The translations under genes were made by a program, and so were the position numbers. This document shows, in pieces, positions 13,232 through 25,800 of a DNA stretch of 64,000 bases (within the stretch, counting starts at the first letter, position 1; every line of letters starts with the position of its first letter). The notes beneath the pieces were generated by a model. It was not told where the DNA came from and ran no database searches. It worked only from the letters and a program-made list of their open reading frames with translations. Source of the DNA: Eledone cirrhosa. Its lineage: Eukaryota. The stretch covers positions 37,324,001 through 37,388,000 of the forward strand of contig OZ024750.1 of the NCBI GenBank assembly GCA_964016885.1. Direction: 5' to 3'.

Positions 13232-13234
<3 letters not shown>
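12526..13234. mobile_element. Putative non-autonomous element: 597-bp unit with identical 112-bp terminal direct repeats, inserted in (TA)n
   Basis: 12526-12637 equals 13123-13234. Flanked on both sides by TA tracts. Many short hairpins and no credible ORF. Confidence 0.78.
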
Positions 13235-13308
<74 letters not shown>

Positions 13309-13324
13309 CATATATATATATATA

Positions 13325-13382
<58 letters not shown>
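13235..13382. repeat. (TA)n microsatellite with TGTGCA interruptions
   Basis: Direct reading. Confidence 0.95.
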
Positions 13383-13387
<5 letters not shown>

Positions 13388-13864
13388 ATAAATTAACGGA
13401 GGCATAGGCCGTCGTTATTCCCTGTAAATAATGTGCTCAAAGGGGAAGAGATCCTGAGCCCTTTAAAATATAATATGTTGAGAAGGTAACACACCAGAGA
13501 GAGATATATAGTGCGTTATCAATAATACAGGGAAAAAACCACCAGTGTATGGAATCTATAACCTATGAAAGGCACGATAATTAAAAATATAAATTAAAGC
13601 GTAAATAAATACCTTTATAACTATATAACACACGTACAAATCCAAAGATATGTTTCACCAGAAAATTTGTTGAAAAAAATGGTCTAGTCTCGGTTCATCA
13701 GCGTGTGTAAGGCCATACATTTCAGACAACACTAAGAGGATTTTACAACATATCTTTGGATTTGTACGTGTGTTATATAGTTATAAAGGTATTTATTTAC
13801 GCTTTAATTTATATTTTTAATTATCGTGTCTATAGTCTGCCTTTCATAGGTTATAGATTCCATA
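13383..13864 (-). mobile_element. Hammerhead-containing pLTR-like fragment of a different PLE or retrozyme family, with an inverted terminal duplication
   Basis: Contains the hammerhead at 13628-13708. 13548-13654 is inverted at 13747-13864 with an 11-nt insertion. No visible similarity to the Naiad-like UTR. Confidence 0.7.
13628..13708 (-). ncRNA. Canonical type I hammerhead ribozyme; predicted cleavage after GUA (between 13635 and 13634)
   Basis: Minus strand reads ACACACG (stem I) - CTGATGA - ACC(G)AGA...TCTGGT (stem II) - GAAAC-ATATC-TTTG-GATTT-GTA - CGTGTGT (stem I'). Confidence 0.92.
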
Positions 13865-16800
13865 AAATCCTAAAATAATAAATTTTTTTATACTTTTCGA
13901 AATATTTACTTCTGATTTCTAAAATTGATTTTTTTAGGTTTTTCACAGATTGATCATTTTACACAGTATTTGGAAAAAATGCGTTTATACATTATGTTTC
14001 GACACGTTGAAAAATTTTTTAAAAATACAAAATATATATCAATTTTCGAAATAAGATAGTATGTATTTCGAAAGAAAAAAAATCAATCTTTTTTGAAAAA
14101 AAAACAATTTTTCGAAATACTGTGTAAAGTGATCAATTTGTGAAAAACCTAAAATAATCAATTTTTTTATACTTTTCGAAATATTTACTTCTGATTTCTA
14201 AAATTGATTTTTTTTAGGTTTTTCACAAATTGATCATTTTACACAGTATTTGGAAAAAATATTTTTTTTCAAAAAAATGTGTTTATACATTGTTTCGACA
14301 CGTTGAAAAATATTTGAAAAATACAAAATATATATCAATTTTCGAAATCAGAAAGTATATATTTCGAAAGAAAAAAAATTAATCTTTTTTGAAAAAAAAC
14401 AATTTTTCGAAATACTGTGTAAAATGATCAATTTGTGAAAAACCTAAAATAATCAATTTTTTTATACTTTCCGAAATATTTACTTCTGATTTCTAAAATT
14501 GATTTTTTTAGGTTTTTCATAAATTGATCATTTCACACAGTATTTGGAAAAAATGCGTTATGTTTCGACACGTTGAAAAACTTTTGAAAAATTCAAAATA
14601 TATATCAATTTTCGAAATCAGAAAATATATATTTCGAAAGAAAAAAAATTAATATTTTTTGAAAAAAAACAATTTTTCGAAATACTGTGTAAAATGATCA
14701 ATTTGTGAAAAACCTAAAATAATCAATTTTTTTATACTTTTCGAAATATTTACTTCTGATTTCTAAAATTGATTTTTTTAGGTTTTTCATAAATTGATCA
14801 TTTCACACAGTATTTGGAAAAAATACATTGTTTCGACACGTTGAAAAATTTTTTAAAAATACAAAATATATATCAATTTTCGAAATCAGAAAGTATATAT
14901 TTCTAAAGAAATAAAATCAATCTTTTTTGAAAAAAAACAACTTTTCGAAATACTGTGTAACATGATCAATTTGTGAAAAACCTAAAATAATAAATTTTTT
15001 TATACTTTTCGAAATATTTACTTCTGATTTCTAAAATTGATTTTTTTAGGTGTTTCACAAATTTATCATTTTACACAGTATTTGGAAAAAATATTTTTTT
15101 TCAAAAAAATGTGTTTATACATTGTGTTTCGACACGTTGAAAAATACAATATATATATCAATTTTCGGAATCAGAAAGTATGTATTTCGAAAGAAAAAAA
15201 ATCAATCTTTTTTGAAAAAAAACAATTTTTCGAAAGTATTTGGAAAAAATGCGTTATGTTTCGACACGTTGAAAAATACAAAATATATATCAAAAAGTAT
15301 ATATATCGAAATCAGAAAGTATATATTTCGAAAGAAATAAAATCAATCCTTTTTGAAAGAAAACAATTTTTCGAAATACTGTGTAAAATGATCAATTTGT
15401 GAAAAACATAAAATAATCAATTTTTTTATACTTTTCGAAATATTTACTCCTGATTTCTAAAATTGATTTTTTTAGGTTTTTCACAAATTGATCATTTTAA
15501 ACAGTATTTGGAAAAAATATTTTTTTTCAAAAAGATGTGTTTATACATTGTGTTTCGACACGTTGAAATATATTTCAAAAATACAAAATATATATCAATT
15601 TTCGAAATCAGAAAGTATATTTCGAAAGAAAAAAAATCAATCTTTATTGAAAAAAAACAATTTTTCGAAATACTTTGTAAAATGATAGATTTGTGAAAAA
15701 CCTAAAATAATCCATTTTTTTATACTTTTCGAAATATTTACTTCTGATTTCTAAAATTGATTTTTTTAGGTTTTTCACAAATTGGTCATTTTACACAGTA
15801 TTTGGAAAAAATATTTATAAATTGTGTTTCGACACGTTGAAAAATACAAAATATATATCAAAAAGTATATATATCGAAATCAGAAAAGAATTTCGAAAGA
15901 AATAAAATCAATCCTTTTTGAAATATAACAATTTTTCGAAATACTGTGTAAAATGATCAATTTGTGAAAAACCTAAAATAATCAATTCGTTTATACTTTT
16001 CGAAATATTTACTTCTGATTTCTAAAATTGATTTTTTTAGGTTTTACACAGTATTTGGAAAAAATGCGTTTATACATTATGTTTCGACACGTTGAAAGAT
16101 TTTTTAAAAATACAAAATATATATCAATTTTCGAAATCAGAAAGTATATATTTCGAAAGAAAAAAAATCAATCTTTTTTGAAAAAAAACAATTTTTCGAA
16201 ATACTTTGTAAAATGATAGATTTGTGAAAAACCTAAAATAATCCATTTTTTTATACTTTTCGAAATATTTACTTCTGATTTCTAAAATTGATTTTTTTAG
16301 GTTTATCACAAATTGATCATTTTACACAGTATTTGGAAAAAATATTTTTTTTCAAAAGAATGCGTTTATAAATTGTTTCGACACGTTGAAAAATACAAAA
16401 TATATATCAAAAAGTATATATATCAAAATCAGAAAGTATATATTTCGAAAGAAAAAAAAATCAATCTTTTTTGAAAAGAAATTTTTCGAAATACAATTTA
16501 TGATCAATTTGTGAAATTTTTCGAAATACAATTTATGATCAATTTGTGAAAAACCTAAAATAATCAATTTTTTTATACTTTTCGAAATATTTACTTCTGA
16601 TTTCTAAAATTGATTTTTTTAGGTTTTACACAGTATTTGGAAAAAAGGCGTTTATACATTTAGTTTCGACACGTTGAAAAATACAAAATATATATCAATT
16701 TTCGAAATCAGAAAGTATGTATTTCGAAAGAAAAAAAATCAATCTTTTTTGAAAAATAACAATTTTTCGAAATATTGTGTAAAGTGATCAATTTGTGACA

Positions 16801-19800
16801 AACCTAAAATAATCAATTTTTTTATACTTTTCGAAATATTTACTTCTGATTTCTAAAATTGATTTTTTTAGGTTTTGTGTAAACACAGTATTTGGAAAAA
16901 ATATATTTTTTCAAAAAATGTGTTTATACATTGGGTTTCGACACGTTGAAAAACTTTTGACAAATTCAAAATATATATCAATTTTCGAAATCAGAAAGTA
17001 TATATTTCGAAAGAAATAAAATCAATCTTTTTTCAAAAAAAACAATTTTTCGAAATACTGTGTAACATGATCAATTTGTGAAAAACCTAAATTAATAAAT
17101 TTTTTTATAATTTTAGAAATATTTACTTCTGATTTCTAACATTGATTTTTTTAGGTTTTACACAGTATTTGGAAAAAATGCATTTATACATTTAAAAATA
17201 CAAAATATATATCAATTTTCGAAATCAGAAAGTATATATTTCGAAAGAAAAAAAATTAATCTTTTTTAAAAAAAAACAATTTTTCGAAATACTGTGTAAA
17301 ATGATCAATTTGTGAAAAACCTAAAATAATCAATTTTTTTATACTTTTCGAAATATTTACTTCTGATTTCTAAAATTGATTTTTTTGGTTTTACACAGTA
17401 TTTGAAAAACAGGCGTTTATACATTTAGTTTCGACACGTTGAAAAATACAAAATATATATCAATTTTCGAAATCAGAAAGTATATATTTCGAAAGAAATA
17501 AAATCAATCCTTTTTGAAATATAACAATTTTTCGAAATACTGTGTAAAATGATCAATTTGTGAAAAACCTAAAATAATCAATTTTTTTATACTTTTCGAA
17601 ATATGTACTTCTGATTTCTAAAATTGATTTTTTTAGGTTTTTCACAAATTGAACATTTTACACAGTATTTGAAAAAATGCGTTATGTTTCGACACGTTGA
17701 AAAACTTTTGAAAAATTCAAAATATATATCAATTTTCGAAATCAGAAAGTATATATTTCGAAAGAAATAAAATCAATCTTTTTTGAAAAAAAACAATTTT
17801 TCGAAATACTGTGTAACATGATCATATTGTGAAAAACCTAAATTAATAAATTTTTTTATAATTTTAGAAATATTTACTTCTGATTTCTAACATTGATTTT
17901 TTTAGGTTTTACACAGTATTTGGAAAAAATGCGTTTATACATTATGTTTCGACACGTTGAAAAATTTTTTAAAAATACAAAATATATATCAATTTTCGAA
18001 ATCAGAAAGTATATATTTCGAAAGAAAAAAAATTAATCTTTTTTAAAAAAAAACAATTTTTCGAAATACTGTGTAAAATGATCAATTTGTGAAAAACCTA
18101 AAATAATCAATTTTTCATACTTTTCGAAATATTTACTTCTGATTTCTAAAATTGATTTTTTTAGGTTTTTCACAAATTGATCATTTTACACAGTATTTGG
18201 AAAAAATTTTTTTTTTCAAAAGAATGCGGTTATAAATTGTGTTTCGACACGTTGAAAAATACAAAATATATATCAAAAAGTATATATATCGAAATCAGAA
18301 AGTATATATTTCGAAAGAAAAAAAATCAATCTTTTTTGAAAAGAAATTTTTCGAAATACTGTGTAAAATGATCAATTTGTGAAAAACCTAAAATAATCAA
18401 TTTTTTTATACTTTTCGAAATAGTTACTTCTGATTTCTAAAATTGATTTTTTTGGTTTTACACAGTATTTGAAAAAAAGGCGTTTATACATTTAGTTTCG
18501 ACACGTTGAAAAATAAAAAATATATATCAATTTTCGAAAGAAAAAAAATTAATCTTTTTTGAAAAAAAACAATTTTTCGAAATACTGTGTAAAATGATCA
18601 ATTTGTGAAAAACAATATAATAATAAAATAATCCATTTTTTTATACTTTTCGAAATATTTATTTCTGATTTCTAAAATTGATTTTTTTAGGTTTTTCACA
18701 AATTGATCATTTTACACAGTATTTCGAAAAATTGTTTTTTTTCAAAAAAATGCGTTTATACATTGTGTTTCGACACGTTGAAAAATTTTTTAAAAACACA
18801 AAATATATATCTATTTTCGAAATCAGAAAGTATATATTTCAAAAGAAAAAAAATCAATCATTTTTAAAAAAAAACAATTTTTCGAAATACTGTGTAAAAT
18901 GATCAATTTGTGAAAAACCTAAAATAATCAATTTTTTTATACCTTTCTTAATATTTACTTCTGATTTCTAAAATTGATATTTTTTAGGTTTTTCACAAAT
19001 TGATCATTTTACACAGTATTTGGAAAAAATGCGTTTATAAATTAAGTTTCGACACGTTGAAAAATTTTTTAAAAATACAAAATATATATCAATTTTCGAA
19101 ATCAGAAAGTATGTATTTCGAAAGAAAAAAAATCAATCTTTTTTGAAAATACTTTGTAAAATGATCAATTTGTGAAAAACCTAAAATAATCCATTTTTTT
19201 ATACTTTTCGAAATATTTACTTCTGATTTCTAAAATTGATTTTTTTAGGTTTTTCATAAATTGATCATTTCACACAGTATTTGGAAAAAATGCGTTATGT
19301 TTCGACACGTTGAAAAACTTTTGAAAAATTCAAAATATATATCAATTTTCGAAATCAGAAAATATATATTTCGAAAGAAAAAAAATTAATATTTTTTGAA
19401 AAAAAACAATTTTTCGAAATACTGTGTAAAATGATCAATTTGTGAAAAACCTAAAATAATCAATTTTTTTATACTTTTCGAAATATTTACTTCTGATTTC
19501 TAAAATTGATTTTTTTAGGTTTTTCATAAATTGATCATTTCACACAGTATTTGGAAAAAATACATTGTTTCGACACGTTGAAAAATTTTTTAAAAATACA
19601 AAATATATATCAATTTTCGAAATCAGAAAGTATATATTTCTAAAGAAATAAAATCAATCTTTTTTGAAAAAAAACAACTTTTCGAAATACTGTGTAACAT
19701 GATCAATTTGTGAAAAACCTAAAATAATAAATTTTTTTATACTTTTCGAAATATTTACTTCTGATTTCTAAAATTGATTTTTTTAGGTGTTTCACAAATT

Positions 19801-22800
19801 TATCATTTTACACAGTATTTGGAAAAAATATTTTTTTTCAAAAAAATGTGTTTATACATTGTGTTTCGACACGTTGAAAAATACAATATATATATCAATT
19901 TTCGGAATCAGAAAGTATGTATTTCGAAAGAAAAAAAATCAATCTTTTTTGAAAAAAAACAATTTTTCGAAATACTGTGTAAAATGATCAATTTGTGTAA
20001 ACCTAAAATAATCAATTCGTTTATACTTTTCGAAATATTTACTTCTGATTTCTAAAATTGATTTTTTAGGTTTTTCACAAATTGATCATTTTACACAGTA
20101 TTTGGAAAAAATATTTTTTTTCAAAAGAATGCGGTTATAAATTGTGTTTCGACACGTTGAAAAATACAAAATATATATTAAAAAGTATATATATCGAAAT
20201 CAGAAAGTATATATTTCGAAAGAAATAAAATCAATCCTTTTTGAAATATAACAATTTTTCGAAATACTGTGTAAAATGATCAATTTGTGAAAAACCTAAA
20301 ATAATCAATTTTTTTATACTTTTCGAAATATGTACTTCTGATTTCTAAAATTGATTTTTTTAGGTTTTTCACAAATTGAACATTTTACACAGTATTTGAA
20401 AAAATGCGTTATGTTTCGACACGTTGAAAAACTTTTGAAAAATTCAAAATATATATCAATTTTCGAAATCAGAACGTATATATTTCGAAAGAAATAAAAT
20501 CAATCTTTTTTGAAAAAAAACAATTTTTCGAAATACTGTGTAACATGATCATATTGTGAAAAACCTAAATTAATAAATTTTTTTATAATTTTAGAAATAT
20601 TTACTTCTGATTTCTAAAATTGATTTTTTTAGGTTTTACACAGTATTTGGAAAAAAGGCGTTTATACATTTAGTTTCGACACGTTGAAAAATACAAAATA
20701 TATATCAATTTTCGAAATCAGAAAGTATGTATTTCGAAAGAAAAAAAATCAATCTTTTTTGAAAAAAAACAATTTTTCGAAATATTGTGTAAAGTGATCA
20801 ATTTGTGACAAACCTAAAATAATCAATTTTTTTATACTTTTCGAAATATTTACTTCTGATTTCTAAAATTGAGTTTTTTAGGTTTTTCACAAATTGATCA
20901 TTTTACACAGTATTTGGAAAAAATATTTTTTTTCAAAAAAATGTGTTTATACATTGTGTTTCGACACGTTGAAAAACTTTTGACAAATTCAAAATATATA
21001 TCAATTTTCGAAATCAGAAAGTATATATTTCGAAAGAAATAAAATCAATCTTTTTTCAAAAAAAACAATTTTTCGAAATACTGTGTAACATGATCAATTT
21101 GTGAAAAACCTAAATTAATAAATTTTTTTATAATTTTAGAAATATTTACTTCTGATTTCTAACATTGATTTTTTTAGGTTTTACACAGTATTTGGAAAAA
21201 ATGCATTTATACATTTAAAAATACAAAATATATATCAATTTTCGAAATCAGAAAGTATATATTTCGAAAGAAAAAAAATTAATCTTTTTTAAAAAAAAAC
21301 AATTTTTCGAAATACTGTGTAAAATGATCAATTTGTGAAAAACCTAAAATAATCAATTTTTCATACTTTTCGAAATATTTACTTCTGATTTCTAAAATTG
21401 ATTTTTTAGGTTTTTGGAAAAAATATTTATAAATTGTGTTTCGACACGTTGAAAAATACAAAATATATATCAAAAAGTATATATATCGAAATCAGAAAAG
21501 AATTTCGAAAGAAATAAAATCAATCCTTTTTGAAATATAACAATTTTTCGAAATACTGTGTAAAATGATCAATTTGTGAAAAACCTAAAATAATCAATTC
21601 GTTTATACTTTTCGAAATATTTACTTCTGATTTCTAAAATTGATTTTTTTAGGTTAAAACCTAATATTAGGTTAAAACACACAGTATTTGGAAAAAATGC
21701 GTTTATACACTATGTTTCGACACGTTGAAAGATTTTTTAAAAATACAAAATATATATCAATTTTCGAAATCAGAAAGTATATATTTCGAAAGAAAAAAAA
21801 TTAATCTTTTTTGAAAAAAAACAATTATTCGAAATACTGTGTAAAATGATCAATTTGTGAAAAACCTAAAATAATCAATTCGTTTATACTTTTCGAAATA
21901 TTTACTTCTGATTTCTAAAATTGATTTTTTAGGTTTTTCACAAATTGATCATTTTACACAGTATTTGGAAAAAATATTTTTTTTCAAAAGAATGCGGTTA
22001 TAAATTGTGTTTCGACACGTTGAAAAATACAAAATATATATTAAAATATATATCGAAATCAGAAAGTATATATTTCGAAAGAAATAAAATCAATCCTTTT
22101 TGAAATATAACAATTTTTCGAAATACTGTGTAAAATGATCAATTTGTGAAAAACCTAAAATAATCAATTTTTTTATACTTTTCGAAATATGTACTTCTGA
22201 TTTCTAAAATTGATTTTTTTAGGTTTTTCACGAATTGAACATTTTACACAGTATTTGAAAAAATGCGTTATGTTTCGACACGTTGAAAAACTTTTGAAAA
22301 ATTCAAAATATATATCAATTTTCGAAATCAGAACGTATATATTTCGAAAGAAATAAAATCAATCTTTTTTGAAAAAAAACAATTTTTCGAAATACTGTGT
22401 AACATGATCATATTGTGAAAAACCTAAATTAATAAATTTTTTTATAATTTTAGAAATATTTACTTCTGATTTCTAAAATTGATTTTTTTAGGTTTTACAC
22501 AGTATTTGGAAAAAAGGCGTTTATACATTTAGTTTCGACACGTTGAAAAATACAAAATATATATCAATTTTCGAAATCAGAAAGTATGTATTTCGAAAGA
22601 AAAAAAATCAATCTTTTTTGAAAAAAAACAATTTTTCGAAATATTGTGTAAAGTGATCAATTTGTGACAAACCTAAAATAATCAATTTTTTTATACTTTT
22701 CGAAATATTTACTTCTGATTTCTAAAATTGAGTTTTTTAGGTTTTTCACAAATTGATCATTTTACACAGTATTTGAAAAAAATATTTTTTTTCAAAAAAA

Positions 22801-25800
22801 TGTGTTTATACATTGTGTTTCGACACGTTGAAAAACTTTTGACAAATTCAAAATATATATCAATTTTAGAAATCAGAAAGTATATATTTCGAAAGAAATA
22901 AAATCAATCTTTTTTCAAAAAAAACAATTTTTCGAAATACTGTGTAACATGATCAATTTGTGAAAAACCTAAATTAATAAATTTTTTTATAATTTTAGAA
23001 ATATTTACTTCTGATTTCTAACATTGATTTTTTTAGGTTTTACACAGTATTTGGAAAAAATGCATTTATACATTTAAAAATACAAAATATATATCAATTT
23101 TCGAAATCAGAAAGTATATATTTCGAAAGAAAAAAAATTAATCTTTTTTAAAAAAAAACAATTTTTCGAAATACTGTGTAAAATGATCAATTTGTGAAAA
23201 ACCTAAAATAATCAATTTTTCATACTTTTCGAAATATCTACTTCTGATTTCTAAAATTGATTTTTTTAGGTTTTTCACAAATTGATCATTTTACACAGTA
23301 TTTGGAAAAAATATTTTTTTTCAAAAGAATGCGGTTATAAATTGTGTTTCGACACGTTGAAAAATACAAAATATATATCAAAAAGTATATATATCGAAAT
23401 CAGAAAGTATATATTTCGAAAGAAAAAAAATCAATCTTTTTTGAAAAGAAATTTTTCGAAATACTGTGTAAAATGATCAATTTGTGAAAAACCTAAAATA
23501 ATCAATTTTTTTATACTTTTCGAAATATTTACTTCTGATTTCTAAAATTGATTTTTTTGGTTTTACACAGTATTTGAAAAAAAGGCGTTTATACATTTAG
23601 TTTCGACACGTTGAAAAATACAAAATATATATCAATTTTCGAAATCAGAAAGTATATATTTCGAAAGAAAAAAAATTAATCTTTTTTGAAAAAAAACAAT
23701 TTTTCGAAATATTGTGTAAAATGATCAATTTGTGAAAAACCTAAAATAATCAATTTTTTTATACTTTTCGAAATATGTACTTCTGATTTCTAAAATTGAT
23801 TTTTTTAGGTTTTTCACAAATTGAACATTTTACACAGTATTTGAAAAAATGCGTTATGTTTCGACACGTTGAAAAACTTTTGAAAAATTCAAAATATATA
23901 TCAATTTTCGAAATCAGAAAGTATATATTTCGAAAGAAATAAAATCAATCTTTTTTGAAAAAAAACAATTTTTCGAAATACTGTGTAACATGATCATATT
24001 GTGAAAAACCTAAATTAATAAATTTTTTTATAATTTTAGAAATATTTACTTCTGATTTCTAACATTGATTTCTTTAGGTTTTTCACAAATTGATCATTTT
24101 ACACAGTATTTGGAAAAAATATTTTTTTTCAAAAAAATGTGTTTATACATTGTGTTTCGACACATTGAAAAAATATTTGAAAAATACAAAATATATATCA
24201 ATTTTCGAAATAAGAAAGTATATATTTCGAAAGAAAAAAAATCAATCTTTTTTGAAAAGAAATTTTTCGAAATACTGTGTAAAATGATCAATTTGTGAAA
24301 AACCTAAAATAATCAATTTTTTTATACTTTTCGAAATATTTACTTCTGATTTCTGAAATTGATTTTTTTAGGTCTTTCACAAATTTATCATTTTACACAG
24401 TATTTGGAAAAAATATTTTTTTTCAAAAAAATGTGTTTATACATTGTGTTTCGACACGTTGAAAAATACAATATATATATCAATTTTCGGAATCAGAAAG
24501 TATGTATTTCAAAAGAAAAAAAATCAATCTTTTTTGAAAAAAAACAATTTTTCGAAAGTATTTGGAAAAAATGCGTTATGTTTCGACACGTTGAAAAATA
24601 CAAAATATATATCAAAAAGTATATATATCGAAATCAGAAAGTATATATTTCGAAAGAAATAAAATCAATCCTTTTTGAAAGAAAACAATTTTTCGAAATA
24701 CTGTGTAAAATGATCAATTTGTGAAAAACATAAAATAATCAATTTTTTTATACTTTTCGAAATATTTACTCCTGATTTCTAAAATTGATTTTTTTAGGTT
24801 TTTCACAAATTGATCATTTTAAACAGTATTTGGAAAAAATATTTTTTTTCAAAAAGATGTGTTTATACATTGTGTTTCGACACGTTGAAATATATTTCAA
24901 AAATACAAAATATATATCAATTTTCAAAATCAGAAAGTATATTTCGAAAGAAAAAAAATCAATCTTTATTGAAAAAAAACAATTTTTCGAAATACTTTGT
25001 AAAATGATAGATTTGTGAAAAACCTAAAATAATCCATTTTTTTATACTTTTCGAAATATTTACTTCTGATTTCAAAAATTGATTTTTTTAGGTTTTTCAC
25101 AAATTGGTCATTTTACACAGTATTTGGAAAAAATATTTATAAATTGTGTTTCGACACGTTGAAAAATACAAAATATATATCAAAAAGTATATATATCGAA
25201 ATCAGAAAAGAATTTCGAAAGAAATAAAATCAATCCTTTTTGAAATATAACAATTTTTCGAAATACTGTGTAAAATGATCAATTTGTGAAAAACCTAAAA
25301 TAATCAATTCGTTTATACTTTTCGAAATATTTACTTCTGATTTCTAAAATTGATTTTTTTAGGTTTTTCACAAATTAATCATTTTACACAGTATTTGGAA
25401 AAAATATTTTTTTTCAAAAGAATGCGGTTATAAATTGTGTTTCGACACGTTGAAAAATACAAAATATATATCAAAAAGTATATATATCGAAATCAGAAAG
25501 TATATATTTCGAAAGAAAAAAAATCAATCTTTTTTGAAAAGAAATTTTTCGAAATACTGTGTAAAATGATCAATTTGTGAAAAACCTAAAATAATCAATT
25601 TTTTTATACTTTTCGAAATATTTACTTCTGATTTCTAAAATTGATTTTTTTGGTTTTACACAGTATTTGAAAAAAAGGCGTTTATACATTTAGTTTCGAC
25701 ACGTTGAAAAATACAAAATATATATCAATTTTCGAAATCAGAAAGTATATATTTCGAAAGAAAAAAAATTAATCTTTTTTGAAAAAAAACAATTATTCGA

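Noticed and set aside
13418-13533. Possible extra hammerhead on the minus strand (TTGATAA inside a TTCCCTGTA/TACAGGGAA stem)
   Set aside because: No GAAA or stem III after the putative stem II.
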